Below, piece by piece: positions 56,725-64,000 of a stretch of 64,000 nucleotides of DNA. The DNA comes from Planctomycetota bacterium. GTDB taxonomy: Bacteria; Planctomycetota; UBA1135; UBA2386. A model generated the notes under the pieces. It saw nothing but the letters and a program-made list of their open reading frames with translations. It was not told the origin of the DNA and did not search any database. Position 1 is the stretch's first letter. Each line of letters opens with the position of its first letter. The DNA lies in NCBI GenBank assembly GCA_965228735.1, contig OZ245838.1:3008001-3072000 (forward strand). Direction: 5' to 3'. The translations under genes and the position numbers were made by a program.

Positions 56725-58179
56725 ATGACCCCGGAGATCCTCATGCGAAGTCACCTCCAGCTCTCGGCACCGGCGCTCGCCGGCCTGCTGTTCCTGCCCG
56801 CCACCCTCGCGCAGTCCGCCGACTCCCGATCGAACGGGATCGAACGACCGGAGTTCGCCGCCCCGGTGCGGCTGCAGGCCGGCAAGGAGTTCCTCGGTCA
56901 GGGGCGCCTCTACCCCTCGCCGGTCTATCACGACATGAACGGCGACGGCCGGCTCGACATCGTCGTCGGCGACCTCTGGGGCAAGCTCACGGTAGCGCTG
57001 CGCGAGCCTGGCAGCTCGCCCGCGATCGCCGGCGAGACCAAGCTCAACGGCACCGATGGCGAGGTGCTCGACTTCGCCAACTGGTGATGCATCGGCATGA
57101 GTCCACAGTTCGTGGACTTCAACGCCGACGGCCACCTGGACATCGTCGCGGGCACGTTCTCGGGCTCACCGTGGATCGCGTTCGGCACGAAGGATGGCTT
57201 CGCGCAACCGGGTATGATCCACGACCGGAGCGGCGAGCGCATCGTGCTCAACCAGTTCTGGAACTACGACACCAAGAAGTGGGACTCGACGACGCGCTGC
57301 AATCCTGCCGGCGAGGAACTCGGCAACGGCCACGGCACGTCGGCGCTCGCGTTCGATCACGACGGTGACGGCGACTTCGACCTGTTGCTCGGCGACTACG
57401 ACACGGGTCACCTGTTCCTGCGCCGCAACGAGGGCAGCAACGCCGAGCCGAAGTTCGCGACGCACAACGAGCTCGTCCGGGCCGGCGGCGAGCCGATCAA
57501 CGTCGGCAAGATGGCGACGATGCGCGCGCTCGACTGGAACGGTGACGGCCACCAGGATCTCCTGATCGGCAGCTTCGGCGACAGCTACGGCCCCGGCACG
57601 GGCGGCGGCGTCTGGCTGTTCCCCGGCGCGACCCGCGCGGACAACGGCGACGCGCAGTTCGGCGCGCCCGTGACCTTCGTCGACCCGAGCAAGAAGGACG
57701 GCAGCGGCCCCGCGCGCCCGGACACCGGGCTCTACGCCGACGCGGCCGATCACGACGGCGACGGCGACCTCGATCTGATCGTCGGCGGCTACGCGATGTG
57801 GCAGCCGAAGAAGCCCACGCTCGGGCCCGACGAGGAGCGCGAGCTGGAAGGGCTGCGGAAGGACCACGAGGAAGCTCTCGCGCGCAATCGCGAGCTCAAC
57901 CTGGCGTTCTACGCGGCGCTCGAGGAGGTCCCCGAAGCCGACAAGGCGGCGATGCGCGCGAAGCTCATCAAGGCTCAGAAGGACCAGCGCGCCGAGGTGT
58001 CGCAGAAGCTCTCGAAGATCAACGAGCGCCTGACGGAGCTCGACCCCGGCATGCAGCGGCAGGCCTTCGTGTGGCTCTACGAGAACCTCGCGGTGAGCAC
58101 GCCCGCCACGCCTGGCCCCGATGGCCAAGAACAGGGTGGCGAGCAGGGACAGGGCGGCGAGCAGGGCGGAGTGCGCTGA
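56725..58179 (+). CDS. Secreted FG-GAP/VCBS-repeat protein, predicted selenoprotein (W-U-C; TGA at 57085-57087)
   Basis: ORFs 56725-57087 and 57097-58179 are in frame: ...EVLDFANW-[TGA]-CIGMSPQFVDFNADGHLDIV.... FG-GAP repeats lie on both sides (DMNGDGRLDIV; DFNADGHLDIV, DHDGDGDFDLL, DWNGDGHQDLL, DHDGDGDLDLI). No RBS before 57097; SECIS-like hairpin follows. Start may be ATG 56743. Confidence 0.75.
57100..57118 (+). promoter_or_regulatory. Candidate bacterial SECIS hairpin (AGUCCAC-AGUUC-GUGGACU)
   Basis: Perfect 7-bp stem with a 5-nt GU-containing loop at +13 to +31 after the in-frame UGA. Confidence 0.7.
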
Positions 58180-58181
58180 TC

Positions 58182-59561
58182 GTGCACCGCGCCGCCCTCC
58201 CCCTGCTGGCTGCCGCGATCGGCGGACTCGACGCGACCGCGCAGAACCCCGTCGATCGCAAGGCGCAGGAGCGCTTCCAGAAGGCCGAGAAGGCGGTCGC
58301 GGACAGCAAGTTCAGCGCGGCGCACAAGCTCTACCGGCAGCTCGCGCGCAAGTATCCCAACACCGCGTGGGGCAAGATCGCCGCGCTGCGCACCGAGCCG
58401 ACGGCGTTCCTCGGCTACGCCGATCTGCTGCGGCATGGTGAGCCGACCAATCGCGTGGACGTCGTCGTCATGGGCGACGGCTACGCGCTCGACGACCAGA
58501 ACGAGTTCGAGGACGTCGCGAAGTCGGTCGTCGACGTGTTCCGCCGCGAGAACGTGCTCGGCGAGTACTACGCGTATCACAACTTCGTGCGGGTCCACCT
58601 GACGAGCAAGGACCAGGGCGTCTCGGGGTTCGGCCGCAAGAAGGAGACCGCGCTCGGCGGCAAGATCGCCGGCAAGGTGCAGGGCCAGGTCGGGGTCGAC
58701 ATCCGCAAGACCAAGAAGTGGCTCGACCAGCTCGCCCACCACGACGGTTACGCGATCGCGATCGTCAAGGCGGGCTCGAGCGGCACGGGCGGCGGCGGCA
58801 TCGCGGCCGTCGGCGGCCGCGCGGACGGGACGCTCGTGCACGAATGGGGTCACGCGTTCGGCGGGCTGAGCGACGAGTATTCGACGTTCACCGGCCACCG
58901 CGGCTCGCCGCGCAACACGGTCAACGTCAGCACCACCGACGACCTCGCCAAGGTGCCGTGGAAACACTTCGTCGAAGCGAAGTATCCCGGCGTCGGCGCC
59001 TACCGCGGCGCGGACGGCCGCATCAAGGGCGCCTACAAGCCGACGTCCGGGCAGTGCCGCATGGGCAGCGCCAACGACTTCTGCCCCGTCTGCCGCGAAC
59101 GGATAGTGCTGCAGATCTACCGCCGCGTCGATCCGATCGACGCACACGAGCCGCGCACCGAGCACGACAAGAACCGTGCGACGATGATTCGCCGCGAGAC
59201 GAAGTTCGAGGTCACGGTGCTCGAACCGAAGTCGCATCGCCTCGATGTCACGTTCCACGTGATCCCGGAGCAGGCGGCCATCCGCCCGCGCAACGACGAG
59301 CGACTCGAAGACCGCCAGCGGCGCGGCAAGCTCGCGGACATCCGCGAGACGGTGCAGAAGACGAACGGCAAGTTCGGCGGCCGCGGCCGCTACTCGATCA
59401 CGATCGGGCCGCGCGAGCTGCCGCCGGGGCGCTTCCAGATCGTCTGCCGCGTGCGCGATGACAGCAAACCGAGCGGTGAGTCGCGACCGTGGGTGCTGCG
59501 GGACGACCGCGACCTGCTCGCGAGCGAGCGGGTGTGGTGGGTCGAGATTCCGGAGCGGTAG
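58182..59561 (+). CDS. M64 (IgA peptidase-like) family metallopeptidase with N-terminal TPR-like segment
   Basis: 'NRVDVVVMGDGY', 'HEWGHAFGGLSDEY', 'VPWKHF', 'CRM...FCPVC'. Confidence 0.85.
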   Translation: MHRAALPLLAAAIGGLDATAQNPVDRKAQERFQKAEKAVADSKFSAAHKLYRQLARKYPNTAWGKIAALRTEPTAFLGYADLLRHGEPTNRVDVVVMGDGYALDDQNEFEDVAKSVVDVFRRENVLGEYYAYHNFVRVHLTSKDQGVSGFGRKKETALGGKIAGKVQGQVGVDIRKTKKWLDQLAHHDGYAIAIVKAGSSGTGGGGIAAVGGRADGTLVHEWGHAFGGLSDEYSTFTGHRGSPRNTVNVSTTDDLAKVPWKHFVEAKYPGVGAYRGADGRIKGAYKPTSGQCRMGSANDFCPVCRERIVLQIYRRVDPIDAHEPRTEHDKNRATMIRRETKFEVTVLEPKSHRLDVTFHVIPEQAAIRPRNDERLEDRQRRGKLADIRETVQKTNGKFGGRGRYSITIGPRELPPGRFQIVCRVRDDSKPSGESRPWVLRDDRDLLASERVWWVEIPER

Positions 59562-59571
59562 CCGGCTACCG

Positions 59572-60783
59572 CTAGCGCGGGCGCACCTCGAACGTCACCT
59601 CCATCGCCTCGCCGTCGACGACGTCGATCTCGACGTCGGTCCCCCCTAAGAGTTTGGCGCTCCGCAACCGCAGCCGGTTCTTGCCGGGCGGCAGGATGCA
59701 ACGGAACGTGCCGTCCGGCATCACCTCGAAGCCCTGACACCAAAGAGCGAGCGGTCGCGCCGGACCGTTCACGGCGACGTCGCAGTAGCCCCTTGGCCGC
59801 ACCACGTTCCCCGCCGCGTCCACGAGGCGCCCACGAATCCGGCCGCCGCGAACGACCTGGACGAGTTGATCGGCCGTGTCCTTGCCGGCCTCGACGAGCA
59901 CGCCGGTCACGGCAATCACGGCGAATCCATCGATGTCGGCGAAGAGCAGATACTCGTCAGGAACGAGACCGTGAGTGCAGAACCTCCCACGCTCATCCGT
60001 CTCCGCCACCACCGACTGGCCAGCACCACCGGCGACGACCTGCACGCGCACCGCGGGGTCGCCGTTCGGCATTAGGACCACGCCGCAGATGCGGCCGCCA
60101 CGCTCGAGCGTGCAGTCGGCAGGTTTCGACGGATCCTCGACGAAGACGCGAGACTGCGCGTGGTGCGGCCCGCTCGCGAAGAACTCGAGCGTGTCGGTTC
60201 GTGGCAAGCCGCGCACGACGAAGCGGCCATCCGCGCCGGTGTGTGCGACCCACGGCAGGATCGGCGCGGTGGTCCAGAGCCGCCGGTCGGGATCGCCGAA
60301 GCTCGCCGGCCACACCCGGACTCCCGCGATCGGCAACCCGGTGTCCTCGTCCGTCACGCGGCCGCGCAGATCGACGCTGTCGGTCAGATCGACGCGCACC
60401 TTCGAGAGGTCGCCGCCGGGCAGCAACCGGGTCAGTCCGGACTTGCCCTTGCAGCGTGCGATGACCAGCACGCCGGTGTTGAGGCGCCGGTATCTGGGTA
60501 TCCACGGCACGCCCGGCATCGCGAAGCTACCGTCGGCCCCAGCGAGGCACTCACCGATCGCGGTCGCGCGGTAGCGCTGGAAGTCACAACGCCATACCGT
60601 CACCCGAACGGTCGCACCCTTCGGCACCCCCCGGACGACACCCGTGACGTCACGCCGGAGCTCGACCTCGCGCTTCTCTGGCGCCCCGTTCTCTGGCGCC
60701 CCGTTCTCTGGCGCCCCGCGCTCCTGCGCTGCGAGCCCTGAGCCGAGACCGAACAGGAACACTGCTACGAGAAACCGGTTCAT
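59572..60783 (-). CDS. Secreted carboxypeptidase-regulatory-like repeat protein, paralog 2
   Basis: Signal peptide; 'LRGRVTDEDTGLPIAGVRVWP', 'TDERGRF'. Confidence 0.75.
   Translation of the reverse strand: MNRFLVAVFLFGLGSGLAAQERGAPENGAPENGAPEKREVELRRDVTGVVRGVPKGATVRVTVWRCDFQRYRATAIGECLAGADGSFAMPGVPWIPRYRRLNTGVLVIARCKGKSGLTRLLPGGDLSKVRVDLTDSVDLRGRVTDEDTGLPIAGVRVWPASFGDPDRRLWTTAPILPWVAHTGADGRFVVRGLPRTDTLEFFASGPHHAQSRVFVEDPSKPADCTLERGGRICGVVLMPNGDPAVRVQVVAGGAGQSVVAETDERGRFCTHGLVPDEYLLFADIDGFAVIAVTGVLVEAGKDTADQLVQVVRGGRIRGRLVDAAGNVVRPRGYCDVAVNGPARPLALWCQGFEVMPDGTFRCILPPGKNRLRLRSAKLLGGTDVEIDVVDGEAMEVTFEVRPR
60674..60718. repeat. 15-bp tandem repeat x3 (encodes GAPEN)
   Basis: TTCTCTGGCGCCCCG three times, in frame after the signal peptide. 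Confidence 0.9.
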
Positions 60784-62003
60784 CGCCCCTTCTTCACGCG
60801 CCACACGACTTCGGTCGCCTCGCCTTCGACGACGTCGACCCACTCGGTCGGCTCCGAGTAGCCGTCCGTGCCACGCAGGTAGATCCGGTTCCTGCCTGCG
60901 GGCGCGCGGATGCGGAACGTGCCGTCCTTCTGCACGGGCACGCATTCGCACGAGCCACCGCTGCCGCGCGCCGGGCCGTACATCGCGACGTCCGTGTACC
61001 ACTTCGTCGGGATCGGCTTGCCGGTCGCGGCGTCGACGACCTTGCCGACGATGAATCCGCCCTTCACGAGCTGGACGGTGTGCCCATCGTCGAGTTCGCC
61101 GGGCTCGACCTCGATGCCGGTCACCGCGATGACCGTGAGCCCCTCGACCCGGGCGAAGACCTTGTAGACCTCGGGATTCAGCTCCGTGATCAGAAACCGC
61201 CCGTTCGCGTCCGTCACCGCGCGGCCGAGCCCCGCGCCCCGACCCGTGGCCGTGACGTGCACGTCGGGTGCCGGGTTGCCGTCCGGCAGGAGGACCACGC
61301 CGGCGATGCGCCCGCCGGCCGGGAGCGTGCCGAGGACGGGTTCGCTCGGATCCTCGACGTCGATCCACGTGCGCGCGTGATGCTCACCGCCGGCGATCAG
61401 CTTGATCGGTTGCAGATCGGGAACGCCGCGCAGCGTGAAGTTGCCCTTGTCGTCGGTCCACGCGACCCACGGCGGCAGCGGGCCCGTGAGCCAGACCGCG
61501 TACTTCGGCCCCAGGATCGACGGCCAGACGCGGGCCCCCGCGATTGGCACGTCGGTGTCGCGATCGCGCAGCTGACCGCGCAGCTCGATGCCCGGCGCGA
61601 GCGCGACCTTCAGCTTGCCGGGGTCGAACGCCTCACCGCGATACTGGCGCAACCCGACGAGGTCACCGCAGCGCGCGAGCAACACGACCCTGTGGGAGCC
61701 CCAGTCGTAGGCCCGAAACCACGGCACCTCGTCGAACGCGAACGTGCCGTCGGCCGCCGTCACCGTCTCCGCGATGGGCAGCACCTGCCCGCGCTTGCCG
61801 TCGTCGTGCACCAGCGTCACGCGCGCGGTCTTGCCGGCGGGCACGCCCTCGATCCGACCGCGAACGTCGACCGTGATGCGTTGCCCGTCGGCACCCTTCG
61901 TCGGCGCCGCGTTCTGTGGCAGGCTGTGCTGAGCGAACAGCGCCGCGCCGGCGGCCAGGATGGCCGCGACGAGACGCGCGACCGATCCCGGCGCGAGTGT
62001 CAT
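60780..62003 (-). CDS. Secreted carboxypeptidase-regulatory-like repeat protein, paralog 1
   Basis: Signal peptide; 'LRGQLRDRDTDVPIAGARVWP', 'TDANGRF'; ATGA overlaps at both ends. Confidence 0.75.
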   Translation of the reverse strand: MTLAPGSVARLVAAILAAGAALFAQHSLPQNAAPTKGADGQRITVDVRGRIEGVPAGKTARVTLVHDDGKRGQVLPIAETVTAADGTFAFDEVPWFRAYDWGSHRVVLLARCGDLVGLRQYRGEAFDPGKLKVALAPGIELRGQLRDRDTDVPIAGARVWPSILGPKYAVWLTGPLPPWVAWTDDKGNFTLRGVPDLQPIKLIAGGEHHARTWIDVEDPSEPVLGTLPAGGRIAGVVLLPDGNPAPDVHVTATGRGAGLGRAVTDANGRFLITELNPEVYKVFARVEGLTVIAVTGIEVEPGELDDGHTVQLVKGGFIVGKVVDAATGKPIPTKWYTDVAMYGPARGSGGSCECVPVQKDGTFRIRAPAGRNRIYLRGTDGYSEPTEWVDVVEGEATEVVWRVKKGR

Positions 62004-63502
62004 CGGTTGCGAGTGTACCAGGCGACGCCGTGCAGCGGGCGCTGCAGCGCCTTGTCGAGGAGGCCGTCGCACTCGACCTCGTAGACCCGGCAGGCCTCGA
62101 GCCCGTCGACCTCGAGGTCGAGCGTCCGGCCGTCTGGCATCACACCGACGCCCGAGATCGCGTGCTCGCGCGTATCGCGCGGCGGGCAGCCGTAGCTCTG
62201 ATGATGATCGTAGGTCCAGCTGCTGACGCTGAACGACGGCGGCAACGCGGACGCGACGTTGATCGGCGCGGTCATGCGCAGGCGGAACCCCTGGTCGGTT
62301 CGCGTGACCCGCTCGATCTCGAACGGCACCTTGCCGCGCCAACGCAGCTGCTGCAGGCCGTGCGTGCGGTTGCCGAGCGAGCCCCAGCCGCGGTTGCTCA
62401 GGCCGCACCACAAAGCCCCCGTCCTGGACCACAGCACGCGCGTGATGCCGCACTTCAGCCCGTGCCGGAACGGATAGCACGCGCCCTGGTAGCGGCCGTC
62501 GACCTTCTCGAGGGTCATGCGGAACACCTCGGAGCTGTATTGGTCACCGCAGAAGATCTGGCCCGCGAACGGCCCGAAGTTGCCTGCGGTATCCCAGACG
62601 AACCCGGCCGGCGAACGGCCGCACTTGTCGTACGGGATCCAGACGGCAGGCAGGCGGAAGTTGGGAATCGTGGCAACGGCCTCGGCCATGCGGATCCCGC
62701 TCTTCACCTCGCCGGGGTGGTCGACGAGGCTTTGCTCGAGCTTGCACGACTCGATGCCGTGCGGGTGCCCGTGGAAATCCCCGGTCTCGAGCAACGCGAA
62801 CTTGCTCGTCGCACACCACTCGCCCTGGTTGTCCGTGTACCAGATCTCGCCGCTGGGCGACGTGCCGACGCCCGCGGGCGATCGCAGGCCCGCGCAGCGC
62901 GGTTCGAACGTGCCGCCCTCGGGCGGGATCCGCACGGCCCAGCCGCGCCAGTCGGCCTTGCCGAACGGCTCGCTACCGAACGGCTTGTTGAGCGTCAGCC
63001 AGAGTCCGCCGTCGGGCCCGAGCGTCGGGCCGAAGCAGTACTCGTGGTAGTTGCCGGACAGCGGCCACCCCTGCGCGTGCGTCTCGAGCAGGTCCATGCG
63101 ACCGTCGCCGTTGGTGTCGGCCATGCGGGACAACTCACCGCGTTGACCGCACCAGAGCCAGCCGTCGTGGTCGAGCAGACCGAGCGGTTCCTGCAGACCC
63201 TGCGCCCACAGCGTCCACTTCGGACTCTGCCCGAGCGGATCGGTCGCGTGCCAGATCTCGCCGCGCCGCGTGCCGACGTAGATCTCGATGCTGCCGTCCG
63301 GGCGCGTGCGTTCGACGATGCCGCCGGCCTCGAGCACGACGTGCTCCGGAACTTCGACGTCGACGATCTCGATGAAGTCGTCCTCGGTCGGCTCGGCGGC
63401 CTTCGTCACGGGGCCGGGCGATGCGGGCTCCTGCGCGACACTCGCAGCGGCGAGCAGCAGAACAGCGAGCAGAGCCGGGATCGAGTGCGAGAACCTCACC
63501 AT
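62000..63502 (-). CDS. Secreted beta-propeller protein (glucose/sorbosone dehydrogenase-like, PVC-type)
   Basis: Signal peptide; 'LEAGG...TRRGEIW...GLQEPLGL...QRGELSR..DTNGDGRMD...NYHEYCFG...GLRSPAG...TDNQGEW'. Confidence 0.7.
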   Translation of the reverse strand: MVRFSHSIPALLAVLLLAAASVAQEPASPGPVTKAAEPTEDDFIEIVDVEVPEHVVLEAGGIVERTRPDGSIEIYVGTRRGEIWHATDPLGQSPKWTLWAQGLQEPLGLLDHDGWLWCGQRGELSRMADTNGDGRMDLLETHAQGWPLSGNYHEYCFGPTLGPDGGLWLTLNKPFGSEPFGKADWRGWAVRIPPEGGTFEPRCAGLRSPAGVGTSPSGEIWYTDNQGEWCATSKFALLETGDFHGHPHGIESCKLEQSLVDHPGEVKSGIRMAEAVATIPNFRLPAVWIPYDKCGRSPAGFVWDTAGNFGPFAGQIFCGDQYSSEVFRMTLEKVDGRYQGACYPFRHGLKCGITRVLWSRTGALWCGLSNRGWGSLGNRTHGLQQLRWRGKVPFEIERVTRTDQGFRLRMTAPINVASALPPSFSVSSWTYDHHQSYGCPPRDTREHAISGVGVMPDGRTLDLEVDGLEACRVYEVECDGLLDKALQRPLHGVAWYTRNR

Positions 63503-63999
63503 TGGTAGACCACCTCGACCTGCTGGCCGGCCGTCAGTTGCGAACGCGCCGGCGCGGGCCGACCGTCGACGAGCAGCGTCACGCCCGCGTTCTTCGTCCA
63601 AACGATGTCCATCGCGCCCTTGCGACAGCGGATCGTGCGCACGATCTCGCTGCCGCCGGCGACGAGCCGCGCGCGCGCCGTGTCGTCGTACGCGCAGCTG
63701 TCGTCCGCCGCCTCGACCATGAACGTCGGGAAACCGTCGTCCGTCACGCGGTGCCCGGCGACCATGCGATCGCCGGCGGCGAGCGCGAAGTCCTCGAGCA
63801 CGATCCACTCGTCCTGCGGCCCGAGCGGCTTCAGCAGCTTGCCCGCGCGACCGTGCCACGTGCCCGTCGCGTCGAGGAAGTCGCCGCGCCAGAGCCACAC
63901 GAGTCGGCCGCTCTCGACGTCGAACGCGTAGTGCGTGCGCTGCGCGGTCCCGACGGCGATGCACCGCGCGGAGACGCCGTCGAGGAACGCGCCGTGGAA
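63496..63999 (-). CDS. C-terminal part of a gene truncated by the window edge (operon partner of 62000-63502)
   Basis: Frame is open from the window edge: FHGAFLDGVSARCIAVG...HYAFDVESGRLVWLWRGDFLDATGTW...VEVVYQW*. Confidence 0.65.
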   Translation of the reverse strand, partial: FHGAFLDGVSARCIAVGTAQRTHYAFDVESGRLVWLWRGDFLDATGTWHGRAGKLLKPLGPQDEWIVLEDFALAAGDRMVAGHRVTDDGFPTFMVEAADDSCAYDDTARARLVAGGSEIVRTIRCRKGAMDIVWTKNAGVTLLVDGRPAPARSQLTAGQQVEVVYQW

Positions 64000-64000
64000 C

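Noticed and set aside
57085..57087. Nonsense pseudogenes as the explanation for the two split genes
   Set aside because: Disfavoured but not excluded: each gene has a single TGA, in a Cys context, followed by a matching hairpin, with no other lesions. No sel genes or tRNA-Sec are visible in this window to confirm.

Overview
This is a gene-dense, very GC-rich bacterial window with about 50 CDSs. The gene repertoire (membrane-anchored ECF sigma fusions, many carboxypeptidase-regulatory-like and FG-GAP secreted proteins, GYF_2 proteins) suggests a Planctomycetota-like organism; this is inference. No rRNA, tRNA, CRISPR array or transposase was recognised. Housekeeping genes include rpiA, purE-purK, an M1 and an M17 aminopeptidase, a YgiQ radical SAM enzyme, a DAACS transporter, a K+ channel, a crotonase and a sialidase. 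Main observations: (1) Two genes that the ORF track splits are each continuous across a single in-frame TGA at a Cys-type redox position: an AhpC/TSA-TPR protein with U-x-x-C (5649-6929) and a secreted FG-GAP/VCBS protein with vicinal U-C (56725-58179). Both TGAs are followed by similarly placed hairpins with 5-nt GU-containing loops, consistent with selenoproteins carrying bacterial SECIS elements; the FG-GAP one may be an undescribed selenoprotein family. (2) A bipartite motif CGYGAGTCC-N13-CGRC(R)AC occurs four times, upstream of two membrane-tethered ECF sigma fusions and two paralogous SxxC thioredoxin-TPR genes, defining a candidate autoregulated regulon. (3) An ECF sigma / anti-sigma / membrane-anchored CHAT (caspase-like) protease operon. 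(4) A REPIN-like dispersed inverted repeat, several apparently leaderless genes, a shared C-terminal domain on secreted proteins, and a TM2-DUF2752-GYF-GYF-CPBP membrane operon. All functional calls come from motif recognition by eye; no database searches were run.
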